Part shown: positions 46,900 to 56,449 of the stretch, one piece after another
How positions within the stretch are numbered: the stretch's first letter is position 1
How the letters are laid out: each line of letters begins with the position of its first letter
Origin: Eubacteriales bacterium
GTDB taxonomy: Bacteria; Bacillota; Clostridia; Christensenellales; Aristaeellaceae
Direction of reading: 5' to 3'
NCBI GenBank assembly: GCA_028705775.1
Contig: JAQWCW010000003.1
Coordinates: 14,239 to 78,238 of the forward strand
DNA: 64,000 bases
Made by a program: the position numbers and the translations under genes
Notes under the pieces: generated by a model
What the model was told of the DNA's origin: nothing
The model's database searches: none
Seen by the model: only the letters and a program-made list of their open reading frames with translations

Positions 46900-49884
46900 T
46901 CAGAAGGCAAGGCTCAGCTGAACGGGAGCGCCAATCATGTTGCCCTCGGAATCGACCGAGCGGAACACGAACGCGTTGATTTCGCCGCTTTCGGCAGGCG
47001 CGTCGTACACGAGGCGCACGGACTGGTTGTCGTCAGCCCATTCAAACGATACGCCGGATACCACGTTGATTGCAACGCCGAAGTCATTGCGGTTAACGGG
47101 AGCGCTGAAGGATATGGTGGCGCCGGTATTATCGGCGGCTTCAACCTTCATTTCAACCTTATACGCGCTTTCGACTGCCGCACTTGTGAGAGGACGGATT
47201 ACAGCTGTATCCTTGAGAACGCCGTTTTCGTCAAAGTCGGTTTTCCAGTTGCCCAGTATAGGCCAGTATTCCTCGCCCTCCGGCAGTCCGCTCTTGGGAG
47301 TGTTCTGCAGAAGCTCGGGCGCCCATACGGGGGTCTGGGGAGTGAGCGTGTTGTAGGTGGGCTTAAAGCGCATACGCATCTTGCCGTTGCCGCCGTTCGG
47401 GTCGTACTTTTCGTACTCTATATCCATCGCGATGGTATAGCCCTGAAGCGCCTCAAGCTTGGCGTTGCGGATGCTGAAGGTGACCTTCTCGCCCATCGGC
47501 ACATTGTAGCCCATGGTGTCTGCGTAGAGCATGAGCGAGGCGCCGTAGGGCTGCAGATAGCCGCTCTGCGGAACAATCTGACCTTCCCACTCAACCTTGT
47601 TGTCATAATCGTAGATGTCGGCGGGTAGGCGCTCGCCGTTCATGTAAAGGCGGACTGCGTTGGTTTCGCTGTTGTAGTTGACAAGCGGCGTTGTGAAGCA
47701 GATTCCGCTTCCCACGTCATGACCGAGCGCGCTGTTATCCGAAATGGAGTGCCTGAGCGCGTCCTTGATAGTCCAGCCGCAGATTTCAATCGTCTTGGAA
47801 TCCTTTGCGCCGATTGCGGTTGCGGTGTACTGACCCGCTTTTGCCTGCTCTGCTGTGAGCGAAATTTCGGCAACGCCGTCCTTCGCTTCGCCGGTAAGCT
47901 TGGTTTCGCCGTCCGTAAGGGTCAGCTCAACCTTGTCCGCGTCGGTATGGAAGGCGAAGGTAAGCGGAACGCCCTCGGTAACGCTGTTGGACTCAGTCCA
48001 AAGCACGTGCTTGGTGGGGCGTGACCAGTCGATGTATGCGCTGGGGATGAAGTACGGGCTGCGCGACATTGCCGCGATGGAGCTGAACTCCTTGGCAGGC
48101 AGAATCGTTCCGCTGCCGTCGGCGGCGGTAAGATGGTTCGTTGCGCCCGTGTCGGGGTTGATGGTAAGGGTGTCGATGAACCTGCGGTTAATGGTCTCGG
48201 CTCCGTAGTACGCCTTATCCATTACGGCGATGATGTCCGGCATATCGCGGTCCTGATTGGCGTGAGCCTGGTCGCGGACGATAATGCCGATATTGTCGCC
48301 CTGATTCAGGAATTCATAAACTTCCTTTGCCGCCGTCATATTGAGCACGGTGGAGGGAGTGCTTATCCATGCGTCCTGCGCCTCAGCCGTCCAGCAGAGG
48401 ATATAGCGGGTTTCCTTCGTGGTTGCGAAGGCGGCTATAAGCGCGTGCAGGTCGAACGGAGTGTTGTCCGCAAGGTCAGGGCGAACGGTGAAGATTTGCG
48501 CGCGGTCGCCGAACCACTGGTCTTCTCCGGTGTTCTGTATGGCGCGCTGGAGGCTCTCGTTAAGCCCGTAGGCATAATCGTGAACGATTACGCTGTCGCC
48601 GCTGTTTACAACAGGAGGCTCATAGCTGAAAAGCTGACCTTCGGTTGAATAACGGAAGCCGGCGGTTCCTCCGCCGCCCGGGTCGCTCATGGTGACAACC
48701 TTGAAGCGTGTTTCGCCGTTGTCGCCGTTATCGAATACGCCGCCGACAAGCGCGCGCTTGCCGTTGTTGGAGCAGCCGGTGATTGCGGCGCTGTATGTGT
48801 CAACGTCGGGCAGGATTACGTCGGGATTGATTGCGGCCTTTTCGTCCGCAGAAAGCTTTACGTAGCTCTCAAGAGCGTCAAGGGCGCGGCTGGCAATCCA
48901 GCCGGACGCCATCAAATCGCCGCTGTCAACGTCGTATGCGTTGACGGTGGTATTGTCGTTGTGAACCACGGGGTCGGTCGGAGTATAGAGCTGCTCGTAA
49001 ACGCTCAGCTGTCCCGCGTCGGGGTCAACGCTGTTGGAGACGCCGATGTAGGCATAGCCGTTTTCGTTAAGAACGCGAATCTGCTCCTCGGAAATGCTTC
49101 CGATTGCAACCAGCACGGGGTATCCCGCGGCGTTCTGGCGCAGAACTCCGTCAACAACGGGCGCTTCGGCGGGCACGCGCAGCGAGAAGGTGTATTTTAC
49201 GCCCTCGGCAGCTGCTGCGGAGCGAACGCTCTCGTTTTCGGGGTTGGTGTCCTTGATGAGCATTTCAACGGTCAGCACAGGGAGCTTTTCCTTTGACACA
49301 ACGCCCTCATGCTCCGCCCAAGTGTCGCCTTCCTTCCATGCGGCAAGCCCGCCATCCATCTCGAAGGCGTCGCCGGTATGAACATAGTCCTCAACGGGGG
49401 TAAATCCCGTGTAGTACATACCCATTCCAAAGCCGGTGAAGTCCAGAACGGACATCGTGTAAGCGCCCTCGGGCAGCTTCAGCGGCTCGCTCCAGCCCCA
49501 TGGGGAGGGAGTGCCCTTGGTCACGTTCTCGTTCCAGTTGTACTGGTAGTTCTCGTATATGCCCGTAACCGTCGTGTCGCCCTTGAGCGGGTCGTGACGG
49601 CTGCCGTATACGTAATACTGAAGCATATCCTTCAGCTCGGCAGAGCGGGCGTCCCATTCCTCGGGGGTTTCAACCCTTCCGCTTCCGTCAGGGTCGGCGG
49701 ACGCGTCAAAAAACTCGAACAAATCGGGCAGACTGAAATTGTCGGGCAGCTGCTCCAACTCTGCCGGATAGGGGAAGTACGAGCGGGGAGCTTCCGTGTT
49801 TTCCGCAAATGCTGCGGGCGCGCCGGTCATTGCAAGCGTGAGCGTCATTGTTGCGCCCAGAATGCGTTTCAACAGCTTTTTCAT
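46900..49884 (-). CDS. secreted multidomain protein with a CE15-like (glucuronoyl esterase-type) alpha/beta-hydrolase core
   Basis: 994 aa. Signal peptide ending AAFAE. Blocks LPDLFEF..VETPEEWDARSAELKDMLQYYVYG, ITGCSNNGKRALVGG (GCSxxGK nucleophile motif) and TPFDLHALIAAFA. Long C-terminal beta-rich extension. Confidence 0.55.
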   Translation of the reverse strand: MKKLLKRILGATMTLTLAMTGAPAAFAENTEAPRSYFPYPAELEQLPDNFSLPDLFEFFDASADPDGSGRVETPEEWDARSAELKDMLQYYVYGSRHDPLKGDTTVTGIYENYQYNWNENVTKGTPSPWGWSEPLKLPEGAYTMSVLDFTGFGMGMYYTGFTPVEDYVHTGDAFEMDGGLAAWKEGDTWAEHEGVVSKEKLPVLTVEMLIKDTNPENESVRSAAAAEGVKYTFSLRVPAEAPVVDGVLRQNAAGYPVLVAIGSISEEQIRVLNENGYAYIGVSNSVDPDAGQLSVYEQLYTPTDPVVHNDNTTVNAYDVDSGDLMASGWIASRALDALESYVKLSADEKAAINPDVILPDVDTYSAAITGCSNNGKRALVGGVFDNGDNGETRFKVVTMSDPGGGGTAGFRYSTEGQLFSYEPPVVNSGDSVIVHDYAYGLNESLQRAIQNTGEDQWFGDRAQIFTVRPDLADNTPFDLHALIAAFATTKETRYILCWTAEAQDAWISTPSTVLNMTAAKEVYEFLNQGDNIGIIVRDQAHANQDRDMPDIIAVMDKAYYGAETINRRFIDTLTINPDTGATNHLTAADGSGTILPAKEFSSIAAMSRSPYFIPSAYIDWSRPTKHVLWTESNSVTEGVPLTFAFHTDADKVELTLTDGETKLTGEAKDGVAEISLTAEQAKAGQYTATAIGAKDSKTIEICGWTIKDALRHSISDNSALGHDVGSGICFTTPLVNYNSETNAVRLYMNGERLPADIYDYDNKVEWEGQIVPQSGYLQPYGASLMLYADTMGYNVPMGEKVTFSIRNAKLEALQGYTIAMDIEYEKYDPNGGNGKMRMRFKPTYNTLTPQTPVWAPELLQNTPKSGLPEGEEYWPILGNWKTDFDENGVLKDTAVIRPLTSAAVESAYKVEMKVEAADNTGATISFSAPVNRNDFGVAINVVSGVSFEWADDNQSVRLVYDAPAESGEINAFVFRSVDSEGNMIGAPVQLSLAF

Positions 49885-50286
49885 AGTGGGTTCTCCTTCT
49901 TTTTGCGTGTGAAGTTTTGATTTGACTTCGATTTGAGCGATGAGGGGATAACGAAAAACAGCTTTGACCTCCTTTCTTTCAGCTCATCCATTTAGGAATA
50001 TTATAAATGCGTTATCTGCAAAATAATATGCGGATATTGCCCAAGGGTATGCGATTATGGCTATTATATTATGCCAATTTGGTCAATAAATGCACGTTAT
50101 GTACAACGAATATACGTACAAAGGCTGCAAAATATACAAGTTTCGAATGTCGGTTTCGTATAGTGTGCATATCCCGAATTAAATACATCATGAAATAATA
50201 CAAATTATCTTGAGTTATGAAAGGTTGAGCAAACGGGCTTACGGGCATTCGTTTGCTGCCCGTCTTTCGGGGCTTCTATTATATAC

Positions 50287-50315
50287 TTGAGAAATCATTC
50301 TCTCTATGGTATTAT
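50287..50315 (+). promoter_or_regulatory. candidate sigma-A promoter for the L,D-transpeptidase gene
   Basis: TTGAGA, 17 nt spacer, TATTAT, inside an AT-rich divergent intergenic region. Confidence 0.45.
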
Positions 50316-50363
50316 ATGCAAAGCAGGAAGGCGCGATTTTTCGCCGCTGCAAAGGAGATATGA

Positions 50364-51209
50364 ATGAAAAGAAAGATAATAGCTTTAATGCTTGCGGCGC
50401 TTTTTTTAGCAGCGCCCGCATTTGCCGAAAGCAACAGGGAAACCCCCTCCGAGGCGGTTACAAAAGCGCCCGTCCGCGCGACTTCGACTCCCGTGCCCGA
50501 CGATATGCCGTATGAAATGCCGTACGAAATCAAGGTTGACTATACAAACCAGATTACCACGGTTTACGATTCGGTTACGGGCGAGATTGTCCGGCAGATG
50601 ATATGCTCCGCCGGCGAGGAAGGCTCCGAGTTTGCGGAAGGCGTTTACTATCTGCCTGCCAATGCCCGCGATACGGACAGGACGGAATGGGCGTATATCC
50701 ATAAGTATAACTGCTACGTTAAGTATGTAACCCGAATCAAGGGCGGCTATCTCTTTCATTCCGTGCCGTTTCACTCAAAAAAGCTGACCAAGCTGGACTC
50801 CTACGCTTGGTATTCCATGGGCAGCGCGGTTTCCCACGGCTGCATAAGGCTCGTGCCTGAGGACGCGGAATGGATTGCGAAAAACTGCCTCGAGGGTACG
50901 CGCGTTACAATCTACCGCTCAAACGAGGTTGACGAGGAGCTGCGGCAAAGCCTTGCCCTCGGCGTTCCCGGCGAGCAATACGGCGATTACAGCCTTGACG
51001 CGCCCGAAAAGTATAAGCTCGCCACCGTTACCGAAGAAAGCGGAGCAACCCTTTTCTCCGGCAAAAAGTCAGGCGGCGAATCCATCTATATCAAGATTCC
51101 CTTGGGCAGCGAGGTCTATGTCACCCGCACGGATAAGTATTATTATCACGTGAAATATCAGTATCTTACCGGCGTCGTGCCGAAAAAGCATTTGGAGATA
51201 GTAGAGTAA
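50364..51209 (+). CDS. L,D-transpeptidase (YkuD domain) with a C-terminal SH3-like domain
   Basis: Signal peptide. Catalytic block GSAVSHGCIRLVPEDAEW. Confidence 0.85.
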   Translation: MKRKIIALMLAALFLAAPAFAESNRETPSEAVTKAPVRATSTPVPDDMPYEMPYEIKVDYTNQITTVYDSVTGEIVRQMICSAGEEGSEFAEGVYYLPANARDTDRTEWAYIHKYNCYVKYVTRIKGGYLFHSVPFHSKKLTKLDSYAWYSMGSAVSHGCIRLVPEDAEWIAKNCLEGTRVTIYRSNEVDEELRQSLALGVPGEQYGDYSLDAPEKYKLATVTEESGATLFSGKKSGGESIYIKIPLGSEVYVTRTDKYYYHVKYQYLTGVVPKKHLEIVE

Positions 51210-51251
51210 ATTTTATATAAAGCTTAATGATTAGTTGCAATAATATATCAT

Positions 51252-51467
51252 AAACCGTCTGCGCAAGCAGACGGTTTTTCAAATGAAGGCTCCCTTGTGT
51301 AAAGGGAGCTGTACGCTTGTCGAAAAACCGCCTATCGCTTATGTTGGCTACGCGACAGCCGAGGCAGTCATTTACCCGCGAGTAAACTCCTGCCCCGTCT
51401 GCGCTTGCCGCCTAGCGATAGACGATTTTTGAGCAAGCTCATGCGCGTAGCGCCTGAGGGATTGTCC
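51252..51467 (+). repeat. interspersed composite repeat, copy d (hairpin plus unit A only, with unit A split by an insertion)
   Basis: Hairpin AAACCGTCTGCGCAAGCAGACGGTTTTT at 51252-51279, which can also act as the ldt terminator. Unit A left half ends at 51311 and the right half resumes at 51443. Confidence 0.75.
51312..51442. mobile_element. 131-bp palindromic (MITE-like) element inserted inside repeat unit A (module C copy)
   Basis: Interrupts GGGAGCTG|GCGCGTAGCGCC, which is contiguous in copy b. Termini GCTTGTCGAAAAA ... TTTTTGAGCAAGC are inverted repeats. The core matches 8698-8822 in reverse orientation. Confidence 0.6.
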
Positions 51468-51484
51468 TCTTCCTGCAAGCCCAT

Positions 51485-51721
51485 TCATTCCTCCTCAGCG
51501 GGGAGGTCGTCGGTTTCGTCCTCGACGTATTCGAGCAAGTCGCCCGGCTGGCAGCGGAGGGCGCGGCAGATGGAGCTGAGGGTTGAGAACCTGATTGCGC
51601 TGATTTTGCCGGTTTTTATGCGGGAGAGGTTCACGTCCGCTACTCCGACCCGCTTGGCAAGCTCGCCGAGCGGCATTTTTCTGTCCGCCATAACGCGGTC
51701 AAGCCTTAAAATTATTGCCAT
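51485..51721 (-). CDS. small XRE-family HTH transcriptional regulator (YozG-like)
   Basis: 78 aa from the internal ATG at 51721: MAIILRLDRVMADRKMPLGELAKRVGVADVNLSRIKTGK. Typical partner of DUF2975 membrane proteins. Confidence 0.8.
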   Translation of the reverse strand: MAIILRLDRVMADRKMPLGELAKRVGVADVNLSRIKTGKISAIRFSTLSSICRALRCQPGDLLEYVEDETDDLPAEEE

Positions 51722-51728
51722 TTTTGCC

Positions 51729-52226
51729 TCACAACGTTTCGTCGACCTGACGCTGCAGCTCCGCGCCATAGGAGAAAATGAGCGCAATCGCGTACACGAC
51801 GAAGGCGACGACGATACCGAGATAGATGTTATCCAGAGCAATCGCAACGCCGAGCAGGATGCCGATTGTTTTAATTCTGCGGGCTATGTCAAGGGTGAAG
51901 GGCGTGTCGCTTTCGCTGATTTTGGTAAAGAGCGCCGTTACGAAATAGAGAAGCGCCTGAGAAAGCCCTATCATTATGATAGACTTTACGAGCTGCTCCT
52001 GCATTTCGGGAATCGTTTCTCTGCCCATCAGGCTGTAGAGCTTGATGTCAAGCCCGAAAATTTTGATAATGCTCGCGTCAGGCGATATAAGACTTGCCGC
52101 AAGCATAGTTCCGAATATTCCGAGCATAACATACAGGATGATTCTGGCTACCTTTGCCATGATGATTATCGTCTTGCTCTGCGCCGCAATGCGCTCCTTG
52201 AGGGTCTTTACGTTGGTATTTTCCAT
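51729..52226 (-). CDS. DUF2975-like integral membrane protein
   Basis: 4 predicted TM segments. Lies 7 nt upstream of the YozG-like HTH gene. AGAAGGAGA RBS. The start could instead be the ATG at 52232. Confidence 0.65.
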   Translation of the reverse strand: MENTNVKTLKERIAAQSKTIIIMAKVARIILYVMLGIFGTMLAASLISPDASIIKIFGLDIKLYSLMGRETIPEMQEQLVKSIIMIGLSQALLYFVTALFTKISESDTPFTLDIARRIKTIGILLGVAIALDNIYLGIVVAFVVYAIALIFSYGAELQRQVDETL

Positions 52227-52436
52227 TTTCATTCTCCTTCTTATACGGGCGGGCATTTCCTGCTCCGCGCCTGCGCCGCAGCTTCTTTTCTGCGGTTTCC
52301 CGATTACAAAAACTCATTCCATCGCGTAAGGGCTGCGCCTTCCCTCGCTGCGATGGAATGAGTATATCAGGGATATTTACGTTTGTCAACAATAAATTAA
52401 CGATAAACGTTAATTTCTTTACGTTGCCCGTTCGGG

Positions 52437-53549
52437 TTACGGCGCGCCGCACTCCTTGCAGGGCTTTAGCTTGTTATAAGGCTCTCCGGAGAGCTGCGAA
52501 TAGGTTATCGTTCCCGTAAGCGGGCGGTATTTCGTGCCGACGGACGAGCAGTTCGCGTCCACATGATAGTATGAGCCGCCGTCGGGGTTATAGTAGAGCA
52601 GGGTGTTCGGGTCTACGGTCACAACGGGTTCGGGGGTTATTTCATAGCCGCCGAGCGCCGCCTGCTGCTCCTCCTCCGCCTCTGCCTGCTCGTCAACCTC
52701 GACTCCGCTTGCAATCGTGTTGGGGTCTACATACCACGAGCCGTTTTCCTGAATAAGGAACACCGTGTAATCGACCTTGCGCTCGGCGCTGCCGCTGAAC
52801 TCAACGGCGCAGCGCACCTGCGCCTGACGGGTCGTGTCCATTTCAGTTCCGGATATGCGCTTGACCTCGTATTCAACCAGCTTGCGGCGCGCGATTATGC
52901 GGAACATTTCCGTCTGCGGGTCGTTCTGCGTAAGCGAGGAGCGCCATGTGTTGGTCGTGAGCGTCGTCATATGCTCGATATCGTTCTCCATCCAATAGCC
53001 GAGGAACAAATCAAGGGTCATTTCGGAGGCGGATTTCGACTGCAGATTGGCAGGAACGTCCGTAGGATAGGGCAGAGCTTGCCCCTGCTGCGGATTGATT
53101 GGCTGCTGGGGCTGCGCGGCGTTTCCGGCGTTCGTTCCCGCGCTGATTCCCGCCTGACCGGATACCGGCAGGGAGGTGGTTATATTTCTGTTATCGGGTC
53201 TTGCAGCTGTAATAAGCGTGACTATCGTAATCAGGACGAGCGAAAAATGCATCGCCGTCATGATGAAGCGCGCCGTAATCACAAACTTGCGTTTGAGCCA
53301 CATTATGGCGATTGCCGCCGCCGCGAGCGCGATATAGACGTACTTGACCGGCGAAAGCAGCAGCCCGATTATAAACAGAAGGGGCAGCAGCAGAACGAGC
53401 GCGTACTGAAGCCATTGGTCAGACGCGCGCTCAAGATTGATTTTCGGCACAGCCTTGCGGTAGCTTTCGCCCTTATCGGGCTTTTGCTTGTTTATATTCT
53501 GCGTGCCGTAGGTGGGCACGCTGCCATAACGGTTTCTGTTCAAATTCAT
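52437..53549 (-). CDS. membrane protein with extracytoplasmic NTF2-like region and C-terminal Cys motif, function unknown
   Basis: 370 aa. GGAGGAAA RBS. 3-4 TM segments. C-terminus YYHVDANCSSVG...LKPCKECGAP. Confidence 0.6.
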   Translation of the reverse strand: MNLNRNRYGSVPTYGTQNINKQKPDKGESYRKAVPKINLERASDQWLQYALVLLLPLLFIIGLLLSPVKYVYIALAAAAIAIMWLKRKFVITARFIMTAMHFSLVLITIVTLITAARPDNRNITTSLPVSGQAGISAGTNAGNAAQPQQPINPQQGQALPYPTDVPANLQSKSASEMTLDLFLGYWMENDIEHMTTLTTNTWRSSLTQNDPQTEMFRIIARRKLVEYEVKRISGTEMDTTRQAQVRCAVEFSGSAERKVDYTVFLIQENGSWYVDPNTIASGVEVDEQAEAEEEQQAALGGYEITPEPVVTVDPNTLLYYNPDGGSYYHVDANCSSVGTKYRPLTGTITYSQLSGEPYNKLKPCKECGAP

Positions 53550-53653
53550 TGCGTTTCCTCCGCTCGCTCGCGATTACTGCGTCAGTGCGGATATTCCTCC
53601 GCGCTGATTATAACGATTCAGCCCTTCAATTACATCCATTCAGCTACATCCAT

Positions 53654-54679
53654 TCAGCGCCCCTTGACGCTGCCCGCCGTTGAATCGCGCTCGATAATCG
53701 TCGTTTTGATGATTTCGTTTTTTACCTCGCTGTCGGGATTTTCCATGATGTCGATGAGCATATCGCAGGCTTTTCTGCCAAGCTCGAACGCGTTTATGTC
53801 AACGGTGCTGAGCGAGGGCACGATGTAGCGGCTCATCGGCGAGTTGTTGAAGCCGATTACGGACATAGTGAGGGGAACGTCGATTCCGTGCTTCGTAAGC
53901 GTTCCGATTAGCCAGACTGCCAAATCGTCCGTCGCGCATACCGACGCGCTCGGCGCTTTTTCGCCGCAGAGCCGCTTGATGCAGCTGTCCTCCGACGCCT
54001 TGTCGCCAACGCCCGCCGCAGGGATTATCAGGCTTTCGTCAATCGGCAGATTGGCTTTCCTGAGCGCCTCCCGATAGCCCGTCAGACGCTCCATCGTATA
54101 ATGATAGCTTCCGTCCGCGCCGACGAAGGCAATCCTTTTATGCCCCTTGCGGATTAGCGTTTCCGTCGCCTCGCGCCCCGCAAGCACGTTGTCGTTATCA
54201 ACCCAGTTACCGCTTCTGTCCGAAGGATGGCCGATTTCCACAAAGGGCAGACCGGCTTCCCTGAGCGCCTCGGCAGGAATATCGTCAACAGGCGCCGAGA
54301 GCAGAATCATCCCGCGAACCATTCCGCTCTGGGACAAAGACGCGATTCCGCTTCCCTTTCGTCCGTCCGCGCCCGTTGAAATCAGAACGTGCAGCGATTG
54401 CTCCTGCGCCGCCTGACAAATTCCGCGCATTGCTTCCATAAAAAACGGGTCCTGCGAATAGCCCTTGGTGTAGCAATCGTAAACGACGGCGATTGCGCAC
54501 GAATCCTGCCTTACCAAAGAGCGGGCGAGCAGGTTGGGCTTATAATTCAGCTCCTGCATAACCGCCTTGACGCGCTTCTTTGTGCTTTCGCTTATCCGCG
54601 CGCTGCCCGACGCCACCCGACTGACAGTTGAGGGCGATACGCCGGCGGCTCTCGCAACATCCTTGATTGTCGCCTTCAT
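53654..54679 (-). CDS. LacI family transcriptional regulator
   Basis: HTH MKATIKDVARAAGVSPSTVSRVASG from the internal ATG at 54679. Sugar-binding core. Confidence 0.9.
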   Translation of the reverse strand: MKATIKDVARAAGVSPSTVSRVASGSARISESTKKRVKAVMQELNYKPNLLARSLVRQDSCAIAVVYDCYTKGYSQDPFFMEAMRGICQAAQEQSLHVLISTGADGRKGSGIASLSQSGMVRGMILLSAPVDDIPAEALREAGLPFVEIGHPSDRSGNWVDNDNVLAGREATETLIRKGHKRIAFVGADGSYHYTMERLTGYREALRKANLPIDESLIIPAAGVGDKASEDSCIKRLCGEKAPSASVCATDDLAVWLIGTLTKHGIDVPLTMSVIGFNNSPMSRYIVPSLSTVDINAFELGRKACDMLIDIMENPDSEVKNEIIKTTIIERDSTAGSVKGR

Positions 54680-54884
54680 TACTTCGTCGCCTTTCAAACG
54701 CTTTTGTTTCATGCATTCCGCAAATGCGGATTTATTGATTTTCCTTTTTATTATCTGCGTTTTATGCAAAAAAGTCAATGCTTTAAGAAAAGCGCCGCGC
54801 GCTAAAGCGCGGGAAAAACAAAAAACGCGCGGGCATATTTGCGTTTGCCTGCGCGTTTTTATCGGTTGAATGCGTTTTGCTTTT

Positions 54885-55721
54885 TCAGAGACGCCTTGCG
54901 ACTACCGCCATAACCTCGCCGCAGTCGGAATAATCGCTTCCCGAAACGTCCCCGAAGAAGCGGAAATCTCCAAAGCCCGCCGCCTGAAGCTCCGCCGAAA
55001 GCGTTTCCTTCGTGAACGCCTGATTCCATATGTTGTAGGTTTCGCATCTGCTTTCGGTTATGATTATGCTCTGCTCAAGATAATTGCCCGTTTCGGGATA
55101 GAGATAGCGGCTGTCAATCTCAACGTATTTTTCATCAGACCAGAAGCCCCCGTCATGATAGCTTACGTCGCGCCCCTGACTGTACCCGTACAAAAACGGC
55201 TTTGCATACGCGTCGAGTATCATAAGCCCGCCCTTTTTGAGCGCGCGGCGCGCGTTGCCCAATACGATGTGCCGCGATTCGGGGGAAAGCACTCCGAAAT
55301 CGTTGTATATAAGCGTGCATACGTCGAACTCGTTTTCAAACGCAATTCGCCTGTAATCGCGGTTTACATAGCAGATATTAAGCCCGTTTTTCTGCGCGCT
55401 TTCGGACGCGTAGTCAAGGGAGCGGCGGGACATATCAACGCCCGTCACCGTAAAGCCGAGGCGCGTAAGCCTTTCGGCATAAAGCCCAGGGCCGCACCCC
55501 AAATCTAGCAGCGCGGGCGAGTCAGCCTCGCAAAGGCTACGAATCCATTTGGCGGACGCGTCCATGAACGCGGGCTTGCGCGAGGCGGCGTCCGTATCCG
55601 GCGAAAGATGCGCCTCAAGCATTCCCTTTGAAATATGCTCGTCGTCCCAGAACGCCGCCGTGCTGTCTGAGTACAGCTCGGGTCTCAACCCCGCGCGCTT
55701 GATTATCTCGCTGTAATCCAT
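54885..55721 (-). CDS. class I SAM-dependent methyltransferase
   Basis: Motif I LLDLGCGPGLYA. 278 aa. AGGGAGAA RBS. Confidence 0.8.
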   Translation of the reverse strand: MDYSEIIKRAGLRPELYSDSTAAFWDDEHISKGMLEAHLSPDTDAASRKPAFMDASAKWIRSLCEADSPALLDLGCGPGLYAERLTRLGFTVTGVDMSRRSLDYASESAQKNGLNICYVNRDYRRIAFENEFDVCTLIYNDFGVLSPESRHIVLGNARRALKKGGLMILDAYAKPFLYGYSQGRDVSYHDGGFWSDEKYVEIDSRYLYPETGNYLEQSIIITESRCETYNIWNQAFTKETLSAELQAAGFGDFRFFGDVSGSDYSDCGEVMAVVARRL

Positions 55722-55941
55722 TTTGTTCTCCCTTGGCTGTTTATAGCTTTGTTTTTCGGTATTCCGTGCTTTTCCGCGCTCAAAAACGGCATTTCTGCCG
55801 TCTGCGTATCAGCGCTCCGTTTGTTTTTGTTCTTCACGCGGCGCGGCGCAAAAGCAATAAAATCGGCGCGTTTTACGCCGCGCGATTTTTTTCTTTTTCC
55901 GATGGTCTGATAATAGCACAATTATCAAAAAAAGTCAAGTC

Positions 55942-55970
55942 TTGTATTTCCGCGCGCCCAATCGTATATT
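55942..55970 (+). promoter_or_regulatory. candidate sigma-A promoter for the two-gene 56003-57314 unit
   Basis: TTGTAT, 17 nt spacer, TATATT. Confidence 0.35.
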
Positions 55971-56002
55971 GCGTTTACGGACTTTAGAAGGAGGCGGCTT
56001 TT

Positions 56003-56449
56003 GTGGAAATATCGCTTGCAAATATCGGCGCGTCGGAAACGCGGCGCGAGCTTACCGCCGTCAATGAAAAGGCGGCGCGCTACGGATTGGCGCTCACGGA
56101 GGGGGAGCTGGAGGGACTGCTGATTGAAAGAAAGCGCGCGCTGGAGGCGGCGGGGCGCGTTGAAATGTCCTCCGGAATTCTCCCGAGGCTGATAGAGGAA
56201 TTCATGCCGTCGCCCTACGTTTCGCGCGCGGACTTTGCCGAAACGCTCGCCTCGCTGCTTGAGTCCTTCTACTATTTCAAAAACGAGTGCGAGGAATCAA
56301 TGACTGACGGCGAGCTGCTTGAGAGAATGCGCTATGTGTTTGACGAAAAGGCGCACGGCGCGCTTGAGCTGCTTTCGGACATGACGCTGTGCGACCTTAT
56401 GCGGGGCGAAGTTTGCGATGAGGAGGACGAAGATGACGAATGGGATTGA
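56003..56449 (+). CDS. acidic hypothetical protein (148 aa)
   Basis: GTG start 10 nt after a GGAGG RBS. Helical, with a very acidic tail CDEEDEDDEWD. Translationally coupled to the next ORF. Confidence 0.6.
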   Translation: MEISLANIGASETRRELTAVNEKAARYGLALTEGELEGLLIERKRALEAAGRVEMSSGILPRLIEEFMPSPYVSRADFAETLASLLESFYYFKNECEESMTDGELLERMRYVFDEKAHGALELLSDMTLCDLMRGEVCDEEDEDDEWD

